Source of the DNA: Candidatus Nomurabacteria bacterium
GTDB lineage: Bacteria; Patescibacteriota; Minisyncoccia; Phycocordibacterales; UBA9973
Direction of reading: 5' to 3'
NCBI GenBank assembly: GCA_023267215.1
Contig: JAHFNS010000001.1
Span: 98,736-162,735, forward strand
Length of the DNA stretch: 64,000 nt
The notes below the pieces were generated by a model. It was given only the letters and a program-made list of their open reading frames with translations. It was not told where the DNA came from and made no database searches. Every line of letters begins with the position of its first letter. Position 1 is the first letter of the stretch. The position numbers and the translations under genes are program-made. Shown here in pieces: positions 19,468-29,699 of the stretch.

Positions 19468-19731
19468 TTATTTTGAAACTCTTATTTTTTTCTTTAACAA
19501 TTCTATTAATATTAAAACTATAGCCGAAATGATAAAAGAAACAAAATAGATATTATAAAATTTGATTTCTTGTGTTCCATAAAGTAAATCTGAAAGAAGG
19601 AATAAAACAACACTTTCCCAGAAAAATGAAAAATAAGCCATTCCTGCTAATCCCAAAATGAGAGAAAGCCAAAAAGGCATGAAAAGTATGGATAAAATAA
19701 GTATTAAAAAGGCTAAGATTCTAAATACCAT
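19468..19731 (-). CDS. small polytopic membrane protein (possibly MreD-like)
   Basis: 87 aa, entirely hydrophobic helices. Immediately upstream of PBP2 as mreD often is. Assignment speculative. Confidence 0.35.
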   Translation of the reverse strand: MVFRILAFLILILSILFMPFWLSLILGLAGMAYFSFFWESVVLFLLSDLLYGTQEIKFYNIYFVSFIISAIVLILIELLKKKIRVSK

Positions 19732-19754
19732 AACCTTATTTTACACTTTTCTTA

Positions 19755-20570
19755 TTAAAATACCAATCTCCAAAGATAACGTAATATAAAAAATAAAAGA
19801 ATAATTAAAATTCCATAAAACAAAATTTTACTACTTAAAATAAAAGTAAACAAAGTTAGAAAAAAAACTTCTATATATTTAAATGGTTTTAATAGATAAT
19901 TTGTTGAGAAATCTTTTGTTGTTTTTGGAGTGTTTAGAGATTTTATTTCATTTTGTATTTCTTTTTTTTTATTTTCTGAATTGATATTTATATTATTTCT
20001 TAACTTTTCCAAGCTACTAGTTGTAGTATCTACTGATTGAGTGACAAAGCTAGGTGTTTTATCTTCTATTATCTTTTTTATATCTGATATAGATGTGGAG
20101 TTTGAAGTAGTATCGGAATCTGTTGTTTTGGGAATAATTTTTTTAGAAATACTACGCGGATTCTTTTCTGTTTCATTTTCAGCTAAATATACTTCTTCAT
20201 ATTTCCCTTTTGAGATTAAAAATTTTGCATTTTCTATTTTACCAAAAATATTATGATCTCCTGCAGTTGCTGTCCAATCAATAGAAACATCATTAGCTGT
20301 TTTAGGAGCTAAAGAGAAATCTTTTCTACCCAATAGAACAGTGTTGTCAAAGAAAATAACAGTACCAGAGAGTTCTCTATTGTCAGGATTAAAAACAAAA
20401 GTATAAATCTTTATTTTATCTCCCTCTTCAAATGGATCTTTGGAATACCAAATGTTGCCAGAAACAAAGCCAGTGTTTGGAGTCTGTGCAAGTATTTTTT
20501 GTACTGGTAAAAAAGACAATAAGAAAGAAAATATTAAAAATAAAATTATTCCAAATTTCTTGAGAGTCAT
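19755..20570 (-). CDS. hypothetical bitopic protein (N-terminal signal peptide, Ser/Thr/Asn-rich linker, C-terminal TM anchor)
   Basis: MTLKKFGIILFLIFSFLLSFLPVQKILAQ signal. C-terminal FFLTLFTFILSSKILFYGILIILLFFIL helix. Confidence 0.5.
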   Translation of the reverse strand: MTLKKFGIILFLIFSFLLSFLPVQKILAQTPNTGFVSGNIWYSKDPFEEGDKIKIYTFVFNPDNRELSGTVIFFDNTVLLGRKDFSLAPKTANDVSIDWTATAGDHNIFGKIENAKFLISKGKYEEVYLAENETEKNPRSISKKIIPKTTDSDTTSNSTSISDIKKIIEDKTPSFVTQSVDTTTSSLEKLRNNININSENKKKEIQNEIKSLNTPKTTKDFSTNYLLKPFKYIEVFFLTLFTFILSSKILFYGILIILLFFILRYLWRLVF

Positions 20571-20589
20571 AATAATATTATATTCTTTT

Positions 20590-21852
20590 TTATTCTTTAT
20601 TCAATGCTTCGATTGGGTTTAGTTTTGAAGCATTACGAGCTGGGAAAACCCCGAATACAACTCCTATAATCATAGACATGGAAAGAGACAAAATTATTCC
20701 ATATAAAGGTACGATAAAGCTCCAAGCAAAATTAAAACTTTGTGCAATCTTGGCGACAGCATAAGCGAATAGTGCCCCACCCAAAATTCCGACGATTCCA
20801 CCTATCAAGGTAAGAAGTACTGCTTCAATTAAAAATTCAAAAAGAATATCTTTATTACGAGCACCCAATGCTTTTTTGAGTCCTATCTCCCCTATTCTTT
20901 CAGTCACGACGACATACATTATATTCATAACACCCACTCCTCCGACAACGAGTGAAATGAGGGCAATAGCAATTAAAAGAAATGTCACGGCACTCAGAAT
21001 TGTATTAAATGTTTCTAGATTTTGTGCTTGAGTTTTTACACTAAAATCATCTTTAGATGGGTCAGTGATGGAATGATTACGACGAACCATATCCGTCACA
21101 TCAAGAGCTGTTGTTTCAGCCTTATTTCCATCATAGAGTTCTACGATGCCATAAAAAAGATAATCTATGCCTAAGTATTTTTTTTGCAATGTAGTGATCG
21201 GTATAAAAATTTGATCATCATCCGTGGTCCCTAATCCACCACGAGGTTCATAAACTCCTATTACCTCTAGGTTGTAATTGCCAACGCGTATGAGTTTACC
21301 TATTGGATCAATATTACCAAATAAATCTGTCGCAACAGTGCTTCCTAATACAGCCACTTGTCCTAAGCCACGATTCTCTTCTTCAGTATATGGACGTCCA
21401 GAAGCTATCACTCCTTTATCAATATCAAAACGTGAAGCATTAGCCCCAAAGATAAAAGTATTTTTAGAAATATTTCCATAGCTCACTATTTGCTGACTTA
21501 AAACTGCGCCATAAGCATTCTTTACATTTGGAATACTTTTTATATCTTCTATGTCTTTGTTTTTTAAAGTTGTGATAGGAACAGCATTAGTTCCTGCATT
21601 ATTTTGTATATTGTTGCTAGTATTTGCATTGGCATTACGTTGTTTGGTTGAAGCCGGAATGACTGTCTCTATTGAAAGAGTGTTTGAACCAAACATTTCT
21701 ACTTGTGAATTGATATAACTTTTAAATCCTTCTCCAGCTGAAAGGACGAGCACCACAGTGCCTATACCTATCATGATACCGAGAGTCGTCAAAAAAGTAC
21801 GACTTTTGTTGTGAGTGATCCCTCTTATAGCTTGTTTGAAATATTTATTCAT
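20590..21852 (-). CDS. ABC transporter permease, FtsX/MacB-like
   Basis: N-terminal TM, large extracytoplasmic MacB-type domain, C-terminal FtsX 3-TM bundle (LGARNKDILFEFLIEAVLLT). Confidence 0.8.
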   Translation of the reverse strand: MNKYFKQAIRGITHNKSRTFLTTLGIMIGIGTVVLVLSAGEGFKSYINSQVEMFGSNTLSIETVIPASTKQRNANANTSNNIQNNAGTNAVPITTLKNKDIEDIKSIPNVKNAYGAVLSQQIVSYGNISKNTFIFGANASRFDIDKGVIASGRPYTEEENRGLGQVAVLGSTVATDLFGNIDPIGKLIRVGNYNLEVIGVYEPRGGLGTTDDDQIFIPITTLQKKYLGIDYLFYGIVELYDGNKAETTALDVTDMVRRNHSITDPSKDDFSVKTQAQNLETFNTILSAVTFLLIAIALISLVVGGVGVMNIMYVVVTERIGEIGLKKALGARNKDILFEFLIEAVLLTLIGGIVGILGGALFAYAVAKIAQSFNFAWSFIVPLYGIILSLSMSMIIGVVFGVFPARNASKLNPIEALNKE

Positions 21853-23110
21853 ATCTTAATGCGTCTATTGGGTTAAGTTTAGATGCTTTCATTGCTGGGA
21901 AAAGTCCGAAAACAATACCTGTCATTGAGGAAACAAAAATGGCGAGAATTATGGCGATTGGTGAAATTACAAAAGCCCAATCATAACCAGCGTAACGTGC
22001 GCCGAGTGCAATAAAATAAGAAACAATTATTCCTGCAATAATACCCAAGATTCCACCTATTCCTGTTAAGACAACTGCTTCTATTAAAAATTGATTGCGA
22101 ATCTGATGCGAAGTAGCACCTAATGCTTTACGTAAACCTATTTCGCGGGTACGTTCAGATACAGTGACAAGCATTATATTCATAATTCCTATCCCTCCCA
22201 CTATCAATGAAATTCCGGCCATCAGTCCTAAAAACATACGAAGTCCATCGGTGATACTCGTCAATATTTTTATGGCATCAGCTAAATCTCGAACTGAAAA
22301 ATCATCATTATCTTTATTTGTGATGCGATGTTGTTCACGAAGTACTTGTTCTACATCAGAAATTGTACTTTTAACATTATCGGATGAATCAACTTTTATT
22401 CGAATACCTTGGACATAATCAATACCTAAAATTTGTTTTTGTCCGATGATTAAAGGAATAAAAACTTGATCATCTTGATTTTGAAATGCGACCGTGCCTA
22501 ATTTTTGTTGTACTCCAATTATACGAAAAGGAATACTACCGAAAGTGTTACTACTACTTTGCATTTTTACAATTGCACCAAGCTCTCCACCGTTTGGAAA
22601 TAATTGTTCAGCCACGTCATATCCCAATACCATGACATTTGCCCCACTCTTTCCTTCTTCAACAGTAAAAAATGTTCCACGATCCATTGTGACATTACCA
22701 ATTTGAGGATAATTACCGAGAGTTGCGGTAAAACTTGTATCGACAGATTCATCACCTGTCACTAAGGTTGTAGTTCCGCGGACAATTGCTATGACATCTG
22801 TCGCATGTGGTACTCTATTTTTATCTCCTATTGCATCTACATCATTATCAATGAGAGTTTTTATTTGAATTCCAAAAACAGCAGCTGGGGGGCCAGTTTC
22901 GTTGCTTTTTCCTGGTAAAACTCCTATCAAATTCGTACCCAATTTCGTGATTTGTCCTAAAACAAGAGCTTGTGCTCCAGCACCAATAGAAATAATTATG
23001 ATGACCCCTGCGACACCGATGACTATGCCTAGAATTGTCAAAAAACTTCTTGCTTTACGTGTCAGAAGATTTTTAATAACTGACTTTATATTTTTTGAGA
23101 AATTCACCAT
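21845..23110 (-). CDS. ABC transporter permease, FtsX/MacB-like (paralog)
   Basis: Same architecture (LGATSHQIRNQFLIEAVVLT). 8-nt overlap with downstream permease. Confidence 0.8.
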   Translation of the reverse strand: MVNFSKNIKSVIKNLLTRKARSFLTILGIVIGVAGVIIIISIGAGAQALVLGQITKLGTNLIGVLPGKSNETGPPAAVFGIQIKTLIDNDVDAIGDKNRVPHATDVIAIVRGTTTLVTGDESVDTSFTATLGNYPQIGNVTMDRGTFFTVEEGKSGANVMVLGYDVAEQLFPNGGELGAIVKMQSSSNTFGSIPFRIIGVQQKLGTVAFQNQDDQVFIPLIIGQKQILGIDYVQGIRIKVDSSDNVKSTISDVEQVLREQHRITNKDNDDFSVRDLADAIKILTSITDGLRMFLGLMAGISLIVGGIGIMNIMLVTVSERTREIGLRKALGATSHQIRNQFLIEAVVLTGIGGILGIIAGIIVSYFIALGARYAGYDWAFVISPIAIILAIFVSSMTGIVFGLFPAMKASKLNPIDALRYE

Positions 23111-23112
23111 AG

Positions 23113-23826
23113 TTATGATTCTTCTTCTATCATTTCACTCTTTTTTGGATTTGCATTTTTTTCGTCAGAGACAATAGAGCCATCTCTGATAGTGATAATG
23201 CGATGAGCATGTTCAGCTACTGTTCTATCGTGAGTGACGAGTATAATAGTACGGCCTTCATCATTTAAACGTCCTAATATGCTCATAACTGTCGTTCCAC
23301 TCTTAGAGTCCAAGTTACCTGTCGGTTCATCGGCGAAAATAACTTTCGGATTACAAACGAGAGCTCGAGCTATGGCAACACGTTGTTTTTGTCCGCCAGA
23401 AATTTGATTGGACAAAAAGTTTAATCTATTACTGAGACCTACTGCTTCGAGTGCTTTTGTTGCCAAGGCGACATGATCTTTCATTTTACTGTATGTTAAA
23501 GGAAGAATGACGTTATCGAGAACAGAAGTACGTGCTAAAAGATTGAAAGATTGAAAAACGAAACCAATTCTTTCGTTTCGAATACGGGCAAGTTCATCAT
23601 CAGTAAATTCTTCTATGTTTTCACCATCAAAAAGATAAGTACCAGCTGTTGATCTATCAAGGAAACCAATGATATGCATCAAAGTAGATTTACCAGAACC
23701 AGATGGTCCCATGATAGCTAAAAATTCCCCTTCTTCTACATCTAAACTTATTCCGCGAAGAACCTTAGTGACAGCGGCACTACTGTTGTCGTATTCTTTT
23801 GTTATATTTTTAAGTTGTATTAACAT
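23113..23826 (-). CDS. ABC transporter ATP-binding protein (MacB/LolD-type)
   Basis: Walker [10 protein letters not shown], signature [15 protein letters not shown], Walker [13 protein letters not shown]-loop VTHD. Confidence 0.9.
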   Translation of the reverse strand: MLIQLKNITKEYDNSSAAVTKVLRGISLDVEEGEFLAIMGPSGSGKSTLMHIIGFLDRSTAGTYLFDGENIEEFTDDELARIRNERIGFVFQSFNLLARTSVLDNVILPLTYSKMKDHVALATKALEAVGLSNRLNFLSNQISGGQKQRVAIARALVCNPKVIFADEPTGNLDSKSGTTVMSILGRLNDEGRTIILVTHDRTVAEHAHRIITIRDGSIVSDEKNANPKKSEMIEEES

Positions 23827-23829
23827 TTT

Positions 23830-25323
23830 TTATTTTTTTATGAGAGTCACTATTTCTTCACCTTCCGAAAGACCCGTCGAGACTTCTGTCATTCCTCCAT
23901 CACCTTCCATACCTGTAGATATCTCTACTTCTTTATAATCTTTAGTTTTTGTATTTGTCACCAAGCGAATAGTTTTCACTCCAGTTTTATCTTTTAATAT
24001 TGCTCGAGAAGGAACTACTAAAACATTATTTTTCTCCCCTACTAGAACAGTCATATTTGCTGTCATTCCTGGACGGAGTTTTGGTGTGTCTGAAACGTTA
24101 GCAGTTATTTTGTAATTTACTACTCCAGAAATAATAGTAGAGGCAGGATCTATTTTTAATATAGTACCTTTAAATATTTGATCAGTATTAAATGCATCAA
24201 ATGTAATATCTATCGGAGCTCCTATTTTAATACTGGTTACATTTGCCTCATTTATATTTGCTTCTAAATAAACACTGTTTACATCTTGCAGAGTCACTAC
24301 ATTTTTTAGAGCTTGGGCTAGTTCGCCAATTTTTATATCTACATTTGTAATAGTTCCACCTGCGGGGGCACGAAGAATAGTGTGTTCTAAATTTGCACTA
24401 GCTAATTGAAGTTGTCCTTCGGCAGTTAAAATATTTGCTTTTGCAAGATCTATATCAGCTCCACGAGCTCCAGCTTTTTTCAAAGCGAGAGCTGCTTCTT
24501 GTTGTGTTACTAGATTTAATGCTGATTGATATGTATTATAACGAGTAATGTAGGTTCCAGATTTAGTATTTGGAATTGAAATTATCCATTGTACATTGAA
24601 ATTTTGAAGAAAGTTAGCTGGAAATTGAATAAATAAACCCTTGGTTCCGAGTGGTGTCGCGATAGATGTACTAACAGAACCAGTAAAAGATTCAATTCCA
24701 GAAGTAGTAAAATAAGATGAAGAACCAGGAATGACAGTAATCACATAATCACCTTTTTCTTCTCCTGTATATGTACCAGATATAGTCGGAGCGGTAATAA
24801 TATTTGAATTTGTGCTGTTGCTAGGTACGGCTATTAGATCATTTGTAAGAAGAGTATTATATGCATTACTAGCATCACTACGTGCATTATCTAGCGCTAT
24901 TTGTGCTAATTTTATTTCTTCATTTGAAGCACCATCTAAAATTGCTTTATATCTAGCTTCTGCAGCTGCCACAGCTCCGCGAGCTTGTGTGAGTGCTGCC
25001 AATTCATTACCTTGATCTAGGGTGGCTAAGATTTGTCCAGGTCTAACGGTATCCCCCACTTTTATTTTTAGCGAACGAACTATCCCACTACTAAAAAATG
25101 ATAAATTTAAATCGGTATTAGATGTCACTTGACCTGTCGCCAAGACAGTTTGTTTAAGGTTTGTAATTTTTACTGTATCCGTAGTGATATTGGCGCTATT
25201 GTTTTTAGATTTGAATATCATATATCCAATCAAAATTACAACAATTAAAATAATTCCATAAATTACTTTTTTAGTTAAAGACCACATTTTAATTTTTTCC
25301 CAAACGTTTTTTACTTTTTGCAT
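23830..25323 (-). CDS. HlyD/MacA-family periplasmic adaptor (membrane fusion protein)
   Basis: N-terminal TM, biotinyl/lipoyl-like half motifs, coiled-coil hairpin, beta-barrel region. Heads the operon adaptor-ATPase-permease-permease. Confidence 0.7.
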   Translation of the reverse strand: MQKVKNVWEKIKMWSLTKKVIYGIILIVVILIGYMIFKSKNNSANITTDTVKITNLKQTVLATGQVTSNTDLNLSFFSSGIVRSLKIKVGDTVRPGQILATLDQGNELAALTQARGAVAAAEARYKAILDGASNEEIKLAQIALDNARSDASNAYNTLLTNDLIAVPSNSTNSNIITAPTISGTYTGEEKGDYVITVIPGSSSYFTTSGIESFTGSVSTSIATPLGTKGLFIQFPANFLQNFNVQWIISIPNTKSGTYITRYNTYQSALNLVTQQEAALALKKAGARGADIDLAKANILTAEGQLQLASANLEHTILRAPAGGTITNVDIKIGELAQALKNVVTLQDVNSVYLEANINEANVTSIKIGAPIDITFDAFNTDQIFKGTILKIDPASTIISGVVNYKITANVSDTPKLRPGMTANMTVLVGEKNNVLVVPSRAILKDKTGVKTIRLVTNTKTKDYKEVEISTGMEGDGGMTEVSTGLSEGEEIVTLIKK

Positions 25324-25373
25324 ATTAAAATAGAGTATAGCATAAATAATACTAAAAATAAAGCTTAATTCTT

Positions 25374-25754
25374 CTATTTTTCTTCTAGAATTTTGAGAAT
25401 TTTATTTAATTTATTTTCTTCAATATCATCTAAACGCTTCATAAGTATTTCCGCATCTTCTTTTACTCGTAAATTGTTTTCATAATCTGCATCTGCTCGA
25501 AGTTCTGAATGTTTACTCTGTAAATTTTGTCCAACCATAATAATAGACAATAATACTAATTGTAAAAATGTTTGCGCGATCCAAGAGATAGTCGTCGCTG
25601 TGCCATTATTTATCGCTTCTGGTAAACTTATCAAAGCAATAATAGTAAATATTATAGCGCACCACATGGTGCCAACCATTTTGGTAATAGCAACAGCTAT
25701 TTTATCTAGTAAAGTTAACTTTTCTCTATGTTCTTTGTTTACGTTTCGTATCAT
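25374..25754 (-). CDS. DUF1003-family membrane protein
   Basis: 126 aa. Two TM helices then a charged coiled C-terminus (pattern of the DUF1003 family). Assignment by pattern recall. Confidence 0.45.
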   Translation of the reverse strand: MIRNVNKEHREKLTLLDKIAVAITKMVGTMWCAIIFTIIALISLPEAINNGTATTISWIAQTFLQLVLLSIIMVGQNLQSKHSELRADADYENNLRVKEDAEILMKRLDDIEENKLNKILKILEEK

Positions 25755-25791
25755 AATATTATTATACTACATTTTTTAACTTTCCCGAGGG

Positions 25792-26304
25792 TTACCTTCG
25801 AGAGGTTGTGTCATAGCCTAATTCTATTGCTCGATTTACTGCTTTTTTCATAAAGTATATCCAGTGGTCTCGATTTTTTTCTTCATTAAATTTTTCTAAG
25901 TTGTCTAAAACTTCTTTAGCTGTTTTCCAAACCAAAATAAATTTTTCATGTTCTTCAAGTTGTGTTGGTTTCAGGTCTGTAGTTTTAAGTATAACTAGTA
26001 AGCATGTAGCATGTGCAAAACGATTCACATGCTTTAATGTATTATGGTAGTGAGTTATTGCTTCAGCAATTTTTTCTGTATATAAAAAATTATATAAACC
26101 ACTTTCTTCTAAAACTTCTCTCAAAATTCCATCTTGTATATTTTCTCCATTTTCTACCCCACCAGAAAAAAACCAAATTTTTTCTCCATCGCTTATTCTG
26201 TTTACTGCATACATTTGACTAATTGGGTCAAAAACCACAGCACATCCGCCATCCCGTCGCTCCTCATTTTCTCTTTTGATTCCAAATTCCAAAATGTCTG
26301 ACAT
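25792..26304 (-). CDS. NUDIX hydrolase
   Basis: Nudix box GGVENGENIQDGILREVLEESGL. Confidence 0.75.
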   Translation of the reverse strand: MSDILEFGIKRENEERRDGGCAVVFDPISQMYAVNRISDGEKIWFFSGGVENGENIQDGILREVLEESGLYNFLYTEKIAEAITHYHNTLKHVNRFAHATCLLVILKTTDLKPTQLEEHEKFILVWKTAKEVLDNLEKFNEEKNRDHWIYFMKKAVNRAIELGYDTTSRR

Positions 26305-26307
26305 AAT

Positions 26308-26997
26308 TTATTTTATAATCTTTATTTTTAAAATTGTTTTTAGGTCAGTGTCTAAATGAATGGCGACTTTTTCTCCTACTCTCAATTTCTCTGTCATAGA
26401 TGATTCTTTTATTATATAAACTTCTTCTAATTTTTTCATTTTTAAAGTAATTAAAATATTATTGTTTTCTTCTTTTATTGAAGATATGACTCCTAGAATA
26501 TTATTAGAAGCTTTTAAAACTGCATGTGTGCTTGTACTTTGAGCACTACGCACTGGCACATTTTCCTCATAAGCATCTTTTACAGTATGCAAACTTTGTC
26601 TAACAAAGAATACATTCTCAGCTAACTTTGCCATACCAAAACCTAAAGTTATTACTATCAATATAGCTATGATAAATATTTTATTCTTTTCTTTGACTAA
26701 AGGCCAATCAAATTTCCTATACATAAAAACAAAAAAGATAGTCAAAACAATAGCTATTAAAATATATTCAAAAAGAAAATAAGATGGATTATAAATACTT
26801 TGTTCTACAAAATCTTCTATGGAGCTTTTTTCAAAAATATCTAATATGAAAATGCCGATAAACATCGTAGAAAATATAAAAAGTAAAACGCTCAAACCGA
26901 TCACTCCTAAACGCATAGCAGACATGACCCAAGCTTGGATTGGCTTTTTAACTTTGATGTTTTCTTCTATTTTGGCTAAAATTTCTTCTTTATTCAT
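26308..26997 (-). CDS. membrane protein, putative anti-sigma factor (translationally coupled to ECF sigma)
   Basis: 229 aa with 4 TM helices. Start overlaps the stop of the upstream sigma gene. Confidence 0.45.
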   Translation of the reverse strand: MNKEEILAKIEENIKVKKPIQAWVMSAMRLGVIGLSVLLFIFSTMFIGIFILDIFEKSSIEDFVEQSIYNPSYFLFEYILIAIVLTIFFVFMYRKFDWPLVKEKNKIFIIAILIVITLGFGMAKLAENVFFVRQSLHTVKDAYEENVPVRSAQSTSTHAVLKASNNILGVISSIKEENNNILITLKMKKLEEVYIIKESSMTEKLRVGEKVAIHLDTDLKTILKIKIIK

Positions 26998-27547
26998 AAT
27001 ATTTAATTCCTTTTTCTTCTGCTAATTTCTTGATCTTTTCTTTAATTCTTTTTATTTTAACACTAATCGTATTTTCTTTCATTTTGTACAAATCTGATAA
27101 TTCTTTTATGGAAATATCTTCCAAGTAATACATCGTGAGTAAACTTCTCTCTTCCTCATCTAAATAATCTAAAAATAAATTTACTAGCATTTTTTCATCA
27201 TATACATCTTTTTTAAGATCATGCATTGGTTCGTTATGTGTTTCTAAATATGATTCGAGAGATATTTTTGGTTGGCGTTTATTTTTACGTAAAGCATCAA
27301 TAACTGTATTTTTAGCAATACGATAAAGCCAAGCTCTAAATGGAATAGAAGATGAGTAAGAATTTATAAATCGGTAAGCTTTATAAAAAGTTTCAGCAGT
27401 AGAATCTTCTGCTTCTTCTTTATTACCAAAATGCATTTTTTGGGTATAGAAAAAAATCTTATCAAAATAACGATTGGTTATCGTAGAAAATAAATTAACT
27501 TCTCCGTGTTGTATTTTTGAAACGATTTCTTCATCCGTAGGATTCAT
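26990..27547 (-). CDS. RNA polymerase sigma factor, ECF (sigma-70 family group IV)
   Basis: Region 2 (FYKAYRFINSY...WLYRIAKNTVIDALRK) and region 4 HTH (LSDLYKMKENTISVKIKR). Confidence 0.8.
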   Translation of the reverse strand: MNPTDEEIVSKIQHGEVNLFSTITNRYFDKIFFYTQKMHFGNKEEAEDSTAETFYKAYRFINSYSSSIPFRAWLYRIAKNTVIDALRKNKRQPKISLESYLETHNEPMHDLKKDVYDEKMLVNLFLDYLDEEERSLLTMYYLEDISIKELSDLYKMKENTISVKIKRIKEKIKKLAEEKGIKYYE

Positions 27548-27621
27548 ATCTAAACATAATACCCCACATTTAGAAAAAATGCAGGGTATCTATGCTTATT
27601 ATTAGTTTATTTTCACCTAGA

Positions 27622-27939
27622 TTAGTTTCCAGATGTTGGAGTTGTTGTAGAAGAATCTACTGTTGTTTTTGGAGTAGTTTTCTTTACTGTTTTCTTTATA
27701 GTTTTCTTTGTTGTTTTTGGAGTCTTTTTAACTACCTTTGTTGTTTTGACAACAGTTGTCTTTTTTGTCTTTTTTACAGCCTTTTTGGTTGTTTTAGGAG
27801 CAGTGACAGTGGTTCCTGTTCCTGTATTGTCTACTCCAGGAGTTGTTAAATCAGCAGCGAAAGCAGGAGCAACCATAGCTAAAGCCATAAGAGCACTCAT
27901 AGAGCCTAGAACTAAAGATTTTTTTATAGATTTATTCAT
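27622..27939 (-). CDS. secreted Lys/Thr-rich basic repeat protein
   Basis: Signal peptide MNKSIKKSLVLGSMSALMALAMVAPAFA, then (K/T)-rich repeats TTKKAVKKTKKTTVVKTTKVVKKTPKTTKKTIKKTVKKTT. The DNA underneath is low-complexity. Confidence 0.5.
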   Translation of the reverse strand: MNKSIKKSLVLGSMSALMALAMVAPAFAADLTTPGVDNTGTGTTVTAPKTTKKAVKKTKKTTVVKTTKVVKKTPKTTKKTIKKTVKKTTPKTTVDSSTTTPTSGN

Positions 27940-28046
27940 AATTTTGTTTAATTTGTTTATTTTTAATGATTTAAGGTATTCGACCTCTCACCTTCTTATA
28001 TATCATTACGAAGGAAGAGGTATAAATATGACAAAAAACTATTAGA

Positions 28047-28769
28047 TTAAATTTCTATTATTACCGAAATTGGTAAATGGTCAGAGGCTCTTGTTTTATA
28101 AACTTCAAAAGAACTCACCTTCATATCTTTACTCGTAAATATATAATCTAATTTATGTTTAACCTCTTCAATAAGACAAACTGTACATCCGTTTTTATAA
28201 ACTGACCATGTGGGAGTATCGGAATTTATCTCAGTATCTTTTAATTCTTGTTTCATTTTTTGAACTGGGAAACTTTCAGGCAATGCATTAAAATCACCGA
28301 GCACTATAGTATTTGTTTTTGGTAAAAGTTTTAGTAAATTTTCTGTTTGTAGATTTTGTAATTCCAATGGTTTTTGATGAGAGTGCCTCAAATGAATACT
28401 AAAAACATTTAAAATATTCTCCCCTATCTTAATATTTGCTTCTACGGCAGATTTTTTACTTTCTTCTGTCAATTGATGTATTTTGCTGTTTACAATTTTG
28501 TATTTACTTAAAATTGCATTACCAAATTTTATTGATTTCTTGTCAGCTGTTTCCTCTCTAGATAAATATTTTAATGGCATATTTAAATTAGCTTCATAGA
28601 CATATTCATAACCTAATTCTTTTGCAATAATTTCTCCAATATTGCCATTTTCATCTTCTACTACTTCTTGAAGAGCAATAATATCTGCATCAGCATTTTT
28701 TAAAAACTCAATTACCTCATCTAAATAAGTTCCACACCATATATTCCAAGATAATATTTTTAATTTCAT
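28047..28769 (-). CDS. endonuclease/exonuclease/phosphatase (EEP) family hydrolase
   Basis: MKLKILSWNIWCG...ADIIALQEV N-terminal EEP signature. C-terminal SDHLP. Confidence 0.75.
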   Translation of the reverse strand: MKLKILSWNIWCGTYLDEVIEFLKNADADIIALQEVVEDENGNIGEIIAKELGYEYVYEANLNMPLKYLSREETADKKSIKFGNAILSKYKIVNSKIHQLTEESKKSAVEANIKIGENILNVFSIHLRHSHQKPLELQNLQTENLLKLLPKTNTIVLGDFNALPESFPVQKMKQELKDTEINSDTPTWSVYKNGCTVCLIEEVKHKLDYIFTSKDMKVSSFEVYKTRASDHLPISVIIEI

Positions 28770-28790
28770 AATTTTATTGTCCCCAATCCA

Positions 28791-29321
28791 CTAATTAGTT
28801 TTAATTCTTACTTTTTCTGTCATTGCTTTTGTGCTTATATAAGCGAGAGCATCAATATCTGGGTCAGATAATTCAATCATATCTAGATCAGGACGATTAA
28901 ATATTTTTGCACTATTAATTTGAGAATCATTCTGTAATGATTTTTTAAGTTCAACATATTTTTCATCTTGTAATACAAAATCAACATCTCCCACTTGTGC
29001 CCTATATTGATCTGGTCGGCGAATATAAAGATAAGTATATACAGTTTTTGGAACATCATTTTGAGCAGGAATAACAATCGGCTTATGTAAAAGAAAATAT
29101 TTTTGATTCCAATTATCAGATTTTTCAGTTAATTCTTCCCGTAATTTTATCAGAAGTTTATATTCATTGTCATAATGACAGAATATCCCCATATTCCCTG
29201 CTACAGGAAGATATTTATCAAAAGCTTTTTTACACAATTCAAAACAAGCAAAATGTGTATGTTTTATAGCCTCCGTCAATTGCTCTTCGTTTTCTATTGG
29301 ACTAAATCTATATAATTTCAT
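28791..29321 (-). CDS. hypothetical protein (176 aa)
   Basis: ORF in the phosphoesterase cluster. No motif recognised. Confidence 0.45.
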   Translation of the reverse strand: MKLYRFSPIENEEQLTEAIKHTHFACFELCKKAFDKYLPVAGNMGIFCHYDNEYKLLIKLREELTEKSDNWNQKYFLLHKPIVIPAQNDVPKTVYTYLYIRRPDQYRAQVGDVDFVLQDEKYVELKKSLQNDSQINSAKIFNRPDLDMIELSDPDIDALAYISTKAMTEKVRIKTN

Positions 29322-29328
29322 AAATTTA

Positions 29329-29691
29329 TTATTTTAATTCCACTAAATGCAAATGGAAATGATTTGGTATAGAAGCCATTTTTTGGTTAGCTTCCATTAT
29401 ATAATGGTAATTTGTATTTCTAATATAATTTTCTTTTATCTTTTTATATTCAGCTATTTCCCTTTCATTTAGTTTATTCTCACTAATGTGTCTTCTTGGC
29501 AAGAGCATGTCGTGCCTATTTGCTATCTTATCATAAGGAAAAATATTTTTAACAATTCTCCAATATTTAAAAGACTTCACAGAAACCCGTTCGTCGCATA
29601 ATGGGCATAAAGTTTTTTTATGACTTTTTAAACCTTTCAAGTATTTCCTATATATTTTCGCACTTTTTTGTGTTCTTAATGTTTTTAACAT
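29329..29691 (-). CDS. HIT (histidine triad) family nucleotide hydrolase/transferase
   Basis: C-terminal NHFHLHLV histidine triad (HxHxHxx). Size typical of HIT. Confidence 0.7.
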   Translation of the reverse strand: MLKTLRTQKSAKIYRKYLKGLKSHKKTLCPLCDERVSVKSFKYWRIVKNIFPYDKIANRHDMLLPRRHISENKLNEREIAEYKKIKENYIRNTNYHYIMEANQKMASIPNHFHLHLVELK

Positions 29692-29699
29692 AAAAATAA

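Noticed and set aside
23830-25323. HlyD-type adaptor as evidence for an outer membrane or type I secretion
   Set aside because: MacA-like adaptors with MacB/FtsX exporters also occur in monoderms, for example YknX-type. Secretion of a specific substrate cannot be inferred.
27592-27849. Plus-strand Cys/Phe-rich 85-aa ORF
   Set aside because: It is antisense to the Lys/Thr-repeat gene, which has a clean signal peptide. It is an artefact of low-complexity repeat DNA.
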